Position numbers and translations under genes: made by a program. The notes beneath the pieces were generated by a model. That model was not told the DNA's origin and made no database searches. It worked only from the letters and a program-made list of their open reading frames with translations. A stretch of 64,000 nucleotides of DNA from Octopus vulgaris (taxonomy: Eukaryota). This document shows positions 1 to 14,291 of the stretch, in pieces. The first letter of the stretch is position 1; every line of letters begins with the position of its first letter. The stretch is from the NCBI GenBank assembly GCA_951406725.2, contig OX597814.1, forward strand, positions 91,388,001 through 91,452,000. Direction: 5' to 3'.

Positions 1-347
1 TTATATTATTTAAATATATATCAAAATTATTAAAAAAGATAATTAATATAACACTACGATCGTTTCATGGCTGTTCAATTCTTCCTGGAGTAAGAACTAT
101 GGGATTCATGGCTAGGCGTAGAGACGGGCACATGTGTGTTGAATATATAGATTTATATACACCCTCATGGGGATGCTTTTATAGATGAGCCCTGCTGTGG
201 AGTATTGTTGCCTATAATGAAGATATGTAAACCACCTAAAGAATGACTGTAACTCGAAAATTTTAAGAATTGAACAGCCATGAAACGATCATAGTGTTAT
301 ATTAATTATCTTTTTTAATAATTTTGATATATATTTAAATAATATAA
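1..347 (+). mobile_element. Penelope-like pseudo-LTR remnant with inverted terminal duplication and hammerhead motif
   Basis: 1-83 is the near-perfect reverse complement of 265-347 (left arm cut by the window edge). Hammerhead-like motif at 233-296: cac CTAAAGA atgactgt...acagccat GAAA cgatc(g/a) TA gtg. Confidence 0.7.
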
Positions 348-417
348 ATTAATTAATCTTATGTATAGGCTTAATTTGTTCATTGTATGATTTGCCTAAT
401 AGTGGTTTTATCTCTAA

Positions 418-462
<45 letters not shown>

Positions 463-495
463 GTGTGTGTGTGTGTGTGTATGTGTGTCTGTCTC

Positions 496-556
<61 letters not shown>

Positions 557-1792
557 TAAATATAATTGTATATAAATTCATTAGTTACTATAATTTTTAG
601 TTTCTTTTGCATATTCTTAGTTTATGCATGTGTATGCAAATATAGTATTGGTATATCCCATTTATGTTCATTAGAAATTAAATAAATAAAGAATTTTGAC
701 GTGTACGAATATTTAACCCCCCCCCCCCACTGTACATATACACTATCACATATAATGCGTAGCTTGGCTTAATGCACACTGTTATGACTAAGTGAGAGAA
801 CATTTAACATGAAATGCAGAATCAAATAAATATATTTTGTACCATGAAAGGTGACAGTTTCTAATAACTTTTGCCCAGTTGCCACTTTTGAGTTTGTTGA
901 AGTAAATGTATTTTATCTTAGAATGTTCAGAATAGGTTAATTTGTCTGGCTACTTAATTTGTAGCTGTTGGGGATTATTAAAGAAGGGAAGAGATTGGTG
1001 TTTAGTTATTAGCTTCTTTCTCATTTTGTTATTTCCATGTAATCGTTTGTACGTCTGGCGTTTTCTAGCACTGTAAGTAATTTCTTATATCGCTTAGTAT
1101 GAAAATTGTTTGATTTCCCTATTTTTATTTGTTTTTGTGTGGTTGGGTACCGGCCTATGTTTGCGTCTGTGTGACTTTCAGTATGTGTGCAGGAATAAGT
1201 TTTTATTTTGCATGAAAAAATTAAATGGAATTTATTTTGCGGCGCCTTTCGAATGGTTCCTTGACAGAAGCTGTTAGATGTGATAATGTGAATATTTGAA
1301 AAGATTGAGTGGGAAACAAATAGGTAGAAAATACTTGAATAGAGAACAGTGGAAAAAAAATAAGTGTATAGAAATACAGAAAGAAAATAATAACAACGTG
1401 TAAGCTGTGTTATGTTTTTATGACATAAAGATTTAAATAAGAATGTTAAGTTAAACGAAATTTAATTGAAGTTTATCCATTCAATTTATGTCAAAACGTA
1501 AAAGATATTAAAAAAAACACAGAGAAACAGACGTCCATATAACTATTACATACACACACACGCACGCACATACACACAAATTTGTATTGCCAATCCTTCA
1601 GGCCAAAGTAGGTTTGTAAACATTTACTTTAATTGAAATTCCGAAAAGCCTATATTTCGATATTGTGAAAGACACATCTCATGATACATATCACAATTCT
1701 ACATACACCGATATATAGATACATACATACATATACATATACATTTCTGTGAGTCTGTGTGTGTGTATGCCTGTCTATGTCTGTGCATGTAC

Positions 1793-1825
<33 letters not shown>

Positions 1826-1880
1826 TGTGTATTATTACCTACATTCATACACACATACGCGCATACACACACACACACAC

Positions 1881-1925
<45 letters not shown>

Positions 1926-2072
1926 CATCCATACATATATATCTATATCTATATATATATATATAATAACATAAATAATATATAAACATATGCATATATA
2001 CATACATATATGTACATACCTACATCTATATATATATACATGCATATATATATATATATATATTGTTATATT

Positions 2073-2400
2073 TCGAAATGGTCATTTTGCCAGTTTAGCC
2101 AATAAAAACACACGCACTATATGTTTGGTGTTACTTTGCTTCAGTGTTATTTATTTTTTACATTAATCTTAATCTTATTTCGGCCAGAGTTCTTTCGTCA
2201 CGCTCCTGTGACCGCATCAGTGGTCCTTTGTTTTCTTCTTTCTTATTTGTGTCTCTATTACTAACCGTCAGCCATTTTGTATTTCTATTGCATGTCTTCA
2301 TTTGCGCATGCTTATATTTCTATGTGCGTCTATGTTTATTTAGTGTGTGGGGGGGGATGCAAAAGTCATATGTGAAAACTATACATCATGTACTTTGGCT
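2073..2400 (-). mobile_element. Short non-coding repeat with hammerhead-like motif (Penelope pLTR-like)
   Basis: Minus strand 2226-2182: ggacca CTGATGC g gtcac aggagc gtgac GAAA gaac TC tggcc. Related sequence recurs at 33440-33620 and, rearranged, at 36866-36940. It abuts a (TA)n tract. Confidence 0.6.
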
Positions 2401-2610
2401 TCAGGCAAATTGATCCCAGGACTTATTCTTTGAAAGCCTAGTATTTTTCAAAGGCCAGTCTTGTCACACTGAATTACCCTGAGGACTATGTGACAGGTAC
2501 ACGTGTTCTGCCAAATGGACTTTAATTTCACGAGCTGTTTGCTCCGTTGATCGGATCAGCTGGAACCCACGTCGTCGTAATGGACGGAGTGCCAGATTAT
2601 ATATATATGT

Positions 2611-2740
<130 letters not shown>

Positions 2741-3161
2741 GGTCCGGAATACACATTACAACAAGGGCATCATTTTACCATCAGAACAAACTTCACCTGT
2801 GCATCAGAAAACTTAATTTACGTGTTAACATGCGCTGGGTGCAATAGGCAATATATTGGCCATACAAAAAACAGCCTACGAAAAAGGACGGCAGTACATA
2901 AATCCCAAATTAGGAATCCTGAATACAGGAAAATACCTGTCAGCGGCCACATAGACAGATGTGCTTCAAATAAAAATCCCAAATTCACAACTTCCCCACT
3001 TTACCAATTCAGTAACAACGTAACTTTCACTCAACGTCATAACAAAGGACTCCATTTCATTAGGAAATTCGGACCAAGATTAAACACCCTGGGCCAGGAA
3101 CATTAAAACCATATATTGGTTTTCCGAAAAGAAAAATGGATTCTACCACTACCACCACGAT

Positions 3162-3210
<49 letters not shown>

Positions 3211-3540
3211 GCTTCTACAACCACCATGGTCACTACTATTGCTACTACGACCAACAGTCACTGCTACTACTGCTATTTCGGCCGCTGGTCATTTCCCCAA
3301 TTACAGCCAACGAATCTAGTCAACACACAAGACAGCCATTATGCCCCACACCCCACAAAACACCACCACCTGGTCTCTGTTGAGACTAGTAAGAAACAAT
3401 TATGAACTTTTTCATTACATTTACTTTTTTAAAAAATGTTTCATATGGTTCGTTTTTTAAAGAAGAACCGAAACATGCAAACTTTCTAAGAAAATTAAAA
3501 TTTATCTTATATAGTGGCGTTTTCAAACTTTTTTATAAAT
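2741..3540 (+). mobile_element. 5'-truncated Penelope-like element (Neptune-type): GIY-YIG endonuclease C-terminus plus 3' pLTR
   Basis: Frame 2741-3106 reads [41 protein letters not shown]...GHIDRC...[10 protein letters not shown], giving LIY/YIG, CxxC, RxxxH and terminal LN motifs. A degenerate hammerhead lies at 3438-3482 (ggttc/gaacc GAAA catg). Confidence 0.85.
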
Positions 3541-3944
3541 ATACATATATGTATAGATATGTATATATATATACTATGTATTATATGCAGAGAATATTCT
3601 GCCTATCATTACTAATACACACGGACGTTCTTGACCAAATAGAAACAAGTTAAATATCCTTGGAAATATTCAATTTCCTCATCCATATTTATTACCAGAA
3701 AAAACTTAGTAGGTAACAGTTAAGTCGAACCTCGCCAAATGTAGCATATACATGGATGAAATGCCTGTCAATGTTCACTCAGCACTGGCTATGTTTAAAG
3801 CCCTTCATAAATACAAGTTTCAAATATTTTTCTGAAATCTCAATTTCTCTGGTGTCTTTTCGAACGCACACTTATAAACACACACACAAACACACATACA
3901 CACACGCACAAGCACACATACACGCACATGCACACAAACACACA

Positions 3945-3982
<38 letters not shown>

Positions 3983-4223
3983 TGCTTTTACAATATTTAG
4001 TTATATTTCACACTGATGATATACATTCTACTAATTACTCAAATAGATTTTCTAAACTAATGAAGGAAATGTATAACTTGTTCTCCGATTTCTCACTTAC
4101 CAATCTGAAGTTCCATGCGTTAATTCTAGTTAAATCTAAATATATATTGAAATGCAAGGCTGAAACCATAGTCTTTGATTCTTTGTAGTAAGGTTTCAAC
4201 AAATAGAAACGCACTGGATCACA

Positions 4224-4341
<118 letters not shown>

Positions 4342-5082
4342 CAGCATATTTTTCCTTATACATCTCACTGTTGTTCATAACTAACTTGCCGCCACGTTTA
4401 CGTACTGTTTGTTATATATATTTCATTTCGACGACCAAACGATTACATAATTCTTATACTCTACTTCTCGACTAAGTGTACTCATAGAAATGGACAGATT
4501 TATAATTCAATAACGGAATTCCATGAAGGAATTAATTACGCCACATTATTTAGTGAGGCGTCAGGAAGGTTTTGAATTTTCGGATCGTGAAGTGAAAACT
4601 GCGTTTTAAGCACGCAGAATGCGTTTACATACGCTCATACACATATACTCACTGAGACACACACACACAGATATTCATGTATATGTCTTTATATATGTGC
4701 ATATGTAAGCATATGTATATAAATGTATATCATCTGTATATGTATATGAATATATATACATATAAGTGCGTGATTGTGTGTGCGCGTGTACGTGTGTGTA
4801 AAGAAAGATACTCTCATATAAGAGAAATAATCATGCTTTACCTGCTTATACGTGCACATGTTTTACTAATTTTGCTAAAGAGAAAGCTAACAGTAATTCT
4901 GACGACTTAATGTAGCCTTATTCAATATATATACAAACGTGTGTGTGTACACGCGCGCGTGTGTGTATGTTCCCAGATGTATTGGAATGCTGCAATGCAC
5001 TAAATGATTGCGCACATTACCAAATGTTCATACACACACGCACGCGCGCAATCAAACACGCACATGTACATACACTTATACG

Positions 5083-5127
<45 letters not shown>

Positions 5128-5140
5128 CAATTGCAACGTG

Positions 5141-5376
5141 GAAGATGTTGCCAAGCCATTCAAGAACACAGAAAAAGCGTTGGTTTCACTTCAGCATTTA
5201 AATTTAATTTTTGTCCCAATATTTTCGTTGCTTTGAAATCGCGACCTTTTCACTGACAAAACATCGTGCAGCACAAAGTTATAGAGCAACAAAAATATTG
5301 TGACAAAAATTTAATTTAAATGTTGAAGTGAAACTATCTGCTTTTGTGTGTTTTTGAATGATTTACGAACATCTTC
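5141..5376 (-). mobile_element. Short inverted-repeat element with degenerate hammerhead (Penelope pLTR-like)
   Basis: 5141-5238 and 5279-5376 are diverged reverse complements. Minus strand 5259-5211: ttgtca GTGAAAA g gtcgc..gcaac GAAA atat TG ggacaa. Lies between (TA)n tracts. Confidence 0.6.
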
Positions 5377-5461
5377 TACCCTGCATCTTTCACGCTGCAA
5401 TTGTTTTTGTTTCAGCACACGATCTCAGATCAAGTCACTTGCAATGTAAGAACATCGTGCC

Positions 5462-5549
<88 letters not shown>

Positions 5550-5552
<3 letters not shown>

Positions 5553-5965
5553 GTATATAATAGCACGTTTGTGGGTTTGTGAACTTGTTACTTTAACTCC
5601 TTGGAGACTATCCAACAGACCTTGATGAAACTTGACACGCTTGGAATTTTTTAAAAATCGATTGTTCATCATCAACGACTTTTTAAAAATCATAAAATTT
5701 CAACATCTTTCGCATTATCCGTCGTGACATCAATTTAACGAAAAATGCCGAAATTTGACGAAAAATGTGTCATGGGTATAAAGAGACAACTTATTAACGG
5801 TAATCTATTTAGCAATTTCTAATACTTCATTTCAAGGCCAATTGTTTTGATTTGCTAAAACTTATTATTTCAATTTGTTGTTTTAATTCCACAATGTTAC
5901 AGGTTTCGATTAGGTAAGGGCATTTTTTTTTCTCAGGCAAAATTTAGGCATTTTGCGCACTAGCC
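5550..5965 (+). mobile_element. Possible non-autonomous Helitron/Helentron-type remnant
   Basis: Starts after (TA)n with aactcc...actatccaacagaccttgatgaaacttgacac, resembling the conserved block of DINE/HINE-like elements, with CTAG near 5960. Resemblance is from memory only. Confidence 0.3.
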
Positions 5966-6889
5966 GTTGTGACCTGCGGTAGGAAATGGAATTCCTCGCC
6001 TTAGGTTATTGTTACGTTATTGAAAAACTATTTTAGCATATGTTCTTTTCTATTGAGCCTGTTTTAAGCATCAATTTTAATATCCAGTGTAATGCCACGA
6101 TCAAGCGTAATCCTGATGTTCCAACTAAATATTCTGCCAACAATTAGTTTCTAAATTCACTTCAACCCATACAAATCCCTCTTCACAATCTCCAAACTAA
6201 AACTCTCACACCCAGTATATTCTTTCAAAATTTAGAAATACTAACAAGGTACAGTATTAGTATTCGAAATTTTTATTCGCTTTATGATCGAAGCTACTTT
6301 TAAGATGTGTTGTACCGAGAGACTAGCTGTTTTTCTTTCAAAGCATTTCCAATATCCCATTAGATGTACTAGTTTAGTTCAAGCCACTTCAGTATCCTTC
6401 AACATTTTCTTTTTCGTGAGCAGGAAAATCACTAGCGGTTGCTGGAGTTGAACTTCCAAGTCCATTTTTCTCTCGTGGCACGCACTATGCGGTATACTAA
6501 TATAATGAAATAAGTAGACAACTTTTCATCAGAATATGAATCAGCCTACAATATTAGAAATACTACTTACCACAGAGCTTGCACTGAATAAAACACGTCT
6601 GTTACAATTACTTCTGTTTTAGCTGTTTGTATATAAATTTGGAGTTACAAGAAAATTAAGTATAAAGGAAAAATGTTTTAAGCCATAAAATTAAAATTAG
6701 AAACAGACGTTCCCAAAAGCTTATGACAAAAGGAAACATGAAAAAAAAATTAACTTTAGAAATGCATTTCAATTTCAAAGAAATGTGAGTTATTATATAA
6801 GATGCAGTCCGTAAAATGTTGGCATGACTTCAATTATTTTAAGTTAAATAAAATAAAATATAGAAAGTTTCATAACTATTTACCATACG

Positions 6890-7113
6890 GAAGGCAGCGA
6901 ATAGGTACAAATGCTACAACGTTGGTGAGAAAAGGGCTTCGCAGCATTTCTTCCGATCTTTTTTACATACTCAGATCAAATCCCGATGAGTTCAACATTG
7001 GCTATCATTCTTACTGGATCGATGAAATAGAACATCACTCAAGCGCTGAGGTTGATGTACATGACTATCATCCACCCCCAATTTTCAGGCCATGTGCCTA
7101 CATTAGTAACAAT
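6890..7113 (+). mobile_element. Old copy of tRNA-derived SINE family B
   Basis: Diverged match to the copies at 17093 and 24506 (aaggcagcga...cttactggatcgatgaaata...gaggttgatgta). Confidence 0.55.
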
Positions 7114-8559
7114 ATTCGCCACACATTAAATACTCAGTTACAGACACGATTTGAATTCCTAGTGGAAATCTTGTGTATTATTTTAGTTGGTTACATGATT
7201 AGATTGACATGAATTCTGTGATATTATTTACGTTTACCTTCGTGCCTGAGAAAGACATTAATATGTTAAAGTATTAGTGATTCATACAATGACTGTTACT
7301 TAGAAACGTTGTACATAAAATAACGTTACATATGCTTTATGAATGCAACGCAGGATACAAAACAATGCTTATTATTAATACCAAATTTTGTGTTGTTTAA
7401 TCACGCAAATGCAAACAGGCAAAGTGTAGTTTATCGGAAGCTCTTTTAAAACAAGCAATTGTGATAAAAGTAATGCGACAAAGAAGTATTTTCCTTATGA
7501 AATGAAAAGAGATTAACATTTATGTAAACGGACAGACACCATATTAAAAGCTGAGGAGGCTTTATCTTAACTTGTGAAGTACAGAATATATAAAAAAAAA
7601 TGCAGTGATGATTTCGCTTAGCAGAAAATATAACAGATGCATGCACAAACTCGGATACACACACATGTATGCGTGTGTTTCTGTGTAGCTTATTTGATTG
7701 CTTTGTATATTAAGGCGAAACACTTCTTTAGCTTTGGCTAAGACCAGTAGTGCACAATTTACTTGAATGCAAAGAAGATAAAAGAAAAATGCATTTATCC
7801 ATTATGTCTTGCAGTTTAGCTGTTGATAATAATTTAAGAAATGTTTCAAACATTTTAACTGATGAAATATGTCAAAAGATTGGGTCTCGAAGATGTGTAA
7901 GAAATTGAATTAGTGCTTACACGTCAGTCTTGTTGCTGAGATTCGAATGAAATATCATAAATCGTTATGGTAATTAAATTTTCAATACGAAAGTATTAAC
8001 AATATAAGACGCGAACAACAGTTCAAAGGACAGAATCCGGAAGGAAATTTACAAAATCAACCGAACAGGAAAAGATTTACGAAAGCGTAAGCAAAATTAT
8101 TACCAAACTGTTAGCTTTCAACCTTGTCTGTCCTGAAGACTTGATATATGATTTTTCAACTTGTTGGCTCAGTCTGCGACTTTTCTTTTCAGTCAAAAGT
8201 TATTAGGCACTTTATATAATGTAAACCGACATGATTCTTTTCTTCAGACCCATAGGAGTTTTTCCCTGGTGTACCACAACATTTAGCTATGTTCGCTACC
8301 ACCTTGTGTCTTATATTTTGTACATCTAAGGAAACACTTCTTTGCGTATATGACTTGCACTTGTCTTACACACAACTTGTATACAGGAGCTTCTCAACCC
8401 AACCTAACCTTTCAGTGATTTTATAAACAGATGTATTAAAAATATTTCCCAAACGGTGCGTGGGTATTTTGTCTACAACAGCATATATGTACATTGTTTT
8501 ATAGATATGAAGTGATTAAAAATCATCATCATCTTATCTACTTTAGAAAAATATCTAAC

Positions 8560-10150
8560 CAAAGACATCAGTGATGCTACAAATGCTTGTCTCCTAACCT
8601 CTGAAGATCTGTCAGGAAAACCTGGCGTATAACATTACTAATACTTGGTTTCCTAACCATAGCCTGAAAATTCTTTAACATTTAACAGCTACTGACCGTT
8701 TAAGAAGTAACAGCTTATATTGTTAGTCACGTACCTTAGGCGCCGCTGCAAACGAGAAATATTAAATATTGATATATTCACCCATATATACTAGCACTAT
8801 ATCTCACTATCACGTGTCTCTTTGCAACATTTTGGTGCTCGAAGCATTACTCTAGACATTGAAAACACTGTTAATAGGTAATGGCCAAAAACTTGAAGCG
8901 AGACACAACAGAACAATATTATCATTGGAGACCTAGATCAACATCATAGGGTGGAACCGATCTGAAATGAGGTTTGTCATACCATTCCAAAAGGAGTACA
9001 CAATTTATAGCACTCATTAATGGGAAGGTTTGTAACACTATCCCTATATAGGTGAATCTATCCGGCTCGGATATTTGGAACACACGGCTCGCTGAATTTA
9101 GCTGGAGACACTCTAAAACCAGTTATCCTGGATGAGGAAAACAGATTTTCAAGTGTCAGTCAGAAATTGGTTGAAAGGAAGCTCGCTTTGAAAATAGCAT
9201 GGACAATTAAGAGTATTCCAAACATGCGGCCGTATGTAAAAGAAAGAACTTAGAAGATGCTCTTGTTAGTTTTCTTATCTTAAATTGGGAATTTAAAAGT
9301 TCCACTCAGAAATTGGCTGAAATAAATATCGCCTAGAAATACCAGATGGACGTGGCTATGATCTACTTAAGATCGATCATATACGATTGCCCGACTGTCG
9401 TGCCCTCTCTCAAGTCAAATCTGACTTGTTTGGTACCCTTTCGCATATTCAGAGATTTTCTAACGTTGAAAACTGATGGTGATAAGAGTGCACAGCTATG
9501 GTTGGTTTTGTCCCTGTCACACGTCTTTCCAAACACATTTCTTTGAATTGCACTTTTAGCATCTAGGAACTTCATATTGTATCGAGATTTAATGGATAGT
9601 AAGTTTGTCGATGACCTGAGAGTGCTCACGAATAAGAAAACAGGTTTAAATCAACGAGGATGGGTCCTCTCTCTTCTCAGCTCCCTCATCCAGCCCACCA
9701 GCACGCACACATTGGATAATTTACTGAAATTCCTGATCTGGCTGTTCTACTAGCAACATAGTCGTGTCCAGTGAAAACGTACAGGCAAACACCTGCACTC
9801 CGAAATGCGTGCACCACAATGTAACTGCTCTGAAGACAATAATTCAGGCCTTGAGGGTTGCTGACATGTTAAGTGATAGCGAACATATGTCACCGCGTCT
9901 GTGATATAAATGGTAACTAGCAAAGTCCATCGAGAATATCTTCTTCCTTCTGATGTGAAGTGCAACCAATACTTCTCTGACTATGATTGCGATTTTGAGA
10001 GTGCGAAAGGTCTGAAGACATACACCTTCCATTTTCTTTTCTCTCACCTATCATTAACTTTTTCAAGTTCCACTCAGAAAGGAAGGTTAGGATGTAGAAA
10101 ACGTTATTCTCCTACCGTGAAATTATCAACAGTTAGGTTAAAATAATGAG
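8560..10150 (+). pseudogene. Highly decayed CR1/L2-group LINE (APE endonuclease and RT remnants)
   Basis: Motif remnants in the expected order: ITNTWF (~8635, cf. ITETWL), IIIGDLDQHH (~8918, cf. GDFN), KFVDDL (9601-9618). Many stops and frameshifts. Confidence 0.55.
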
Positions 10151-10341
10151 TAAATCTCTCAGCATGTACGAGTAAGTCAAACAATAACAAAAGGAAAGGA
10201 CATTTACTCTTGATAGTTAAGGGACAACAGGATATGTAGTGTGGTTGTCTTACTTAGTATAACATTTTGCATATTTTATGTTCCTATTCATTTTATATCA
10301 GTATAAATCTCTTTTATCTTTCTAATCTTTATAATCTCTTC

Positions 10342-10981
10342 CGGATAAACTTTACAGGCATGGAAATGCCATGAGCCGGGTTTGCCTACGTTCCGCGCAA
10401 TGCCCAAGCATTAATGACTAATGCACCACACCTGTTGCCACGTGTAGGATAGAACGAGCTCTCGACTAAGTCCGTGGTGAAGAGGGTTCCGCCGCCTTCA
10501 TTTGGCCGGGCAGAACAGGCAGTGGTTCTTTGTCTTGTGACCTAAGCGAAAGAGGCTCTGTGACAGACTAGATTGAAAGAGCTGATGACAGATACTTCCC
10601 TCACTGGCCAAGCTCTCAATAACTTTTTCAAGTTTCAGTTGAAAGGGAAAATGATGGTAGGGGGGGAAGTGCTATCACCCAGAAATTTTGATAAAAGTGG
10701 GTGAATCATATAAGAATGGTCCAAGTAAACGAGCCTAATCTAAGGAGTTTGAAGAAGGACGATGTTTGAGGGGACTCTTGCCTAGTGGGCAGGGCAATCG
10801 CTGTTTTGTGAGGTCTCCACGAGAATCCCTAGGGATTTTGTCACCTTTGGGGAATTGTTTGTTGCTCAAATATGTTTTGTTATCATTTTCAGTTTACATG
10901 TTTCATCTTATATAAAACCACATTGTATTGTCCTGTACCGTCTCCAGTGCTTTGTGGTCCCTCATAGGTTTATAAAGAAAA

Positions 10982-11044
<63 letters not shown>

Positions 11045-11058
11045 CATTATTATTATTC
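10342..11058 (+). mobile_element. 3' fragment of Tx1/L1-like LINE with (ATT)n tail
   Basis: Reads DKLYRHGNAMSRVCLR..QCPSI (zinc-knuckle remnant) and AKEAL*QTRLKELM...FFKFQLKGKM, then a 3' UTR and (ATT)n at 10983-11058. Homologous to 43220-43760. Confidence 0.6.
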
Positions 11059-13124
11059 CGCATAAAACCTTGATAGGACTAATGATGTAAATCTGATGGC
11101 CGGAGCCTGTAAAGTATGAGTTTATTAGATTATATACTTTAGGCGCCATATGCGACGACATGACAACTGCTATTTTGTAAGAATAAAAGAGTAGCATAAT
11201 ATTTTATGCGGTCATTGGGTTTCATCCTACAAAGTAAATTAATAGGCATTTCATATCATTGTATGTCAAAGCCTAACGTTCTCAGTGAAAGGCGTGACAT
11301 GTCGGATTATTAGGCTATTTTAAATGCCATTAGAAACTATTTATAGTATTGATTAATATATTTTGTCGTAAATCTTAATACGTTCATAAATGTAGGCAGG
11401 ACGTATACATTCTCGGAGTTTACCGACTGGAGGATATTAGATCATCGACGTTCTAGAACGTGTAATTATGATTTGATTATACAAAGCATTTCCTCGTGAT
11501 TAGGGAGAATTTGTTAAAGATGTAACCGATACTACAAGCGCAGGTCATTTTACTAGGACACTGTTTATCTCCAACTTTGCGATGAATGAAGATGGTTTTG
11601 ATTACAGGAGCTATAACGATGATCATCAAAACTGTTCCGTTCTGCTTGGTTAGATTATGCAACGTATCCTTTGCCTATCAAGGCAGCAGGATGCGATTTG
11701 GAACATTTATTTAATATTTATACCATGTCTAATGAGATCGTAAAAATCCCCAGCGATTTGGTTTCTGAGGTGCCGATACCAAACGCAATGAATTTTAAGT
11801 ATAAAAGAATTTCAAGCTGAATTCTAATTTGAAGAAGTGCAGTAAAAGAAAATTAATGCTAGTACTAATAGAAACTGCAGATCATGATGTAAATAATATC
11901 ATTTAAGAAAAGTAAATCTTGTATAGAAATTGTTTTAATATTCCTTAAATCTTTGCTCACGCATAAGATGTTGTCAAGAATCTAAGTTTGAGAAAGAGCA
12001 TTGATTATTATGTGAGTAATACACGTTTCCTTCTATAATAATGCCTTAAGCATCTAAAACATGATATTATAGCAATGACGTGACATATTTGCAAAATTTC
12101 CGGAAAAAGTTTTCTTTGAAAAAGATTCAAACTGAATACGTTATATTCTATTTCATTGCCAGCTTTAAATTTTCATCTTCATTTGTTATATTTTAACACA
12201 AACCATCAAGATCTGTAAAACATCAACATGTTTATATCGATAGCATTGTATTAAGGAATCAGATACATGGAACACTTAATAACACACTGAAATCCACCGG
12301 ACTTGAACCTAAATCGTTTGAAACACTAGCCCAAGACAGTACCAAGTAGCGGTGTTTAATTACCATCGGAGCCAAAAAAGTTCGAAACCATCAGAAGAGA
12401 GAAGGAAGAAATCAAATGATAGGAAAGAAAAGCTCGACAAAATCAACCTCGTTCTCCACCAACATTACCACTCAGTCAATGACATTGACTCTTCTATAAA
12501 AAGAATGATCAAATTAATCATCAACGCCATCACCATAAAGGAAGCGTTGAGCAAAAAAGAAACTAAATTCTCAGATAAGAGTAAAGCTTCCGCCGATGAC
12601 GACAAGGATATACAAAATTAAATTCACTCTATCTTTTCCAATATATAAGTTATTTATTAAAAACTGATGCTGTAAATTATTTCAGAGAACGGAATAGACA
12701 CAACAGTAATTATATTATATATAACAAGTGTAGTTGATATATAGTTTTATGTATAATCCTAATATTTTTTTGCTAATCATACGAAGATTATATTTTAATA
12801 TCAATATGGTTTATTGTACAAAACATTGACCGCAAATATTTTCAGTATATGTTAGCTCAGCTGACTTCTTGCTAAACATTTTTGTCTTCACCAGGGCAAC
12901 CTCAAAACACTTACTGTACAGTAACTAGTCTCTCTGTCTGCTAGTCTGACTGTCCCTATTCCTGCCTCCCTCTCTCTCTCTCTCTCTCTAGCTCTCTCTT
13001 TCATGTTATATATAGGAGTGTATGTATGATAAATAAGTATACACACACATATACACACACACATATATATATATATATGTATTCACACATACACACATAT
13101 ATAAATTTAACATACATATATATG

Positions 13125-13287
13125 TGCGCAGGAGCGACTGTATGGTAAGAAGCTTGCTTCCCAACCACATGGTTCTGGATTCAATCACACTGCATGGCAC
13201 CTTGGGCAACTGTCTTCTACTATAGCCTCGGACTCACCAAGGCCTTGAGAATGGATTTGATAGATGGAAACTGGAAGAAACTCGTCG

Positions 13288-13326
<39 letters not shown>

Positions 13327-13545
13327 ATGTGTGTGTGTGTTCCTGTGTCTGTGTTTGCTCCCCTACCATCGCGTGGCAACCGGTGTTGGTGTGTTTACGT
13401 TCCCGTAACTTGACTGTTCAGCATAGAAAAACGATAGAATAAGTACTAGGCCTACAACGAATAAATCCTGGCGTTCATTTGTTCGACTTAAGGCGGTGCT
13501 CCAGCATGGCCGCAGTCAAATGACTGAAAATAGTAAAAGAGTATA
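13125..13545 (+). mobile_element. tRNA-derived SINE family A (octopus-type, CORE-like accttgggcaa block, internal TA/TG microsatellite)
   Basis: A/B-box-like head gcgcaggagcgactgtatggtaag...ggattcaatc. Full-length match to 26173-26612 and 45689-46095. Confidence 0.85.
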
Positions 13546-13559
13546 AATATTTATAAAAG

Positions 13560-13603
<44 letters not shown>

Positions 13604-14291
13604 ACAGAGTATATATATATATATATATATATACAGGGTGCGGCAGTAGTAACGCTCAGTGGTATTTGAGTTTTCTAGTTTCTAATTCACTTTCTTTTTT
13701 ATTTCCTAAGACTACTACGGTTTTCTCTTTAGCTTATTATTCGTTTTTTAAGTAATTTAATAAATTTGTTTTCAATAAAAAATTACCTAATACACATTTA
13801 TATATTACAAAAGTTATTAAATGCAAAAAGGCCGTACGATGTATATGCGTATTTGTGTATACACTAACAGTTATGTGTGTATATATATGTATATATACAT
13901 GTATGTATGTATGCATGTATGTATGTATGTATGTATGTATGTATGTATGTATGTATGTATGTATGTATGTATGTATGCATGTATGTGTGTATGTATTTAA
14001 ATTGTTTAGCTGTCGCATTTTAGCTCCTCACGAAAAAGTGAATTATATTTAAAATCGTGAGTTCCAATTTCTCTAAAATTTCTCTAATGTCGCTACGCTT
14101 CATTCCATTAAAGCTAGCCTGACAGCGACATTTACAAGTGAAAACGTTAGTCTAATAGTAAACATGGAAGTTTCAGTTATGAATCATGCAATTGTTTGAG
14201 ACAGTTCTATGCCTCCACTGTATCGTTGTAGCCACACCAAAAGAAGTTAGGATAAGTGCAAATGAACAGAACTATATACATATAGCACCAC

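Noticed and set aside
12285-12355. Minus-strand B-box-like ggttcaagtcc (tRNA-like)
   Set aside because: No cloverleaf or clear A-box; too degenerate to call.
13632-13690. TA-cagggtg start resembling a Tc1/mariner TIR
   Set aside because: No partner TIR or transposase sequence found nearby.
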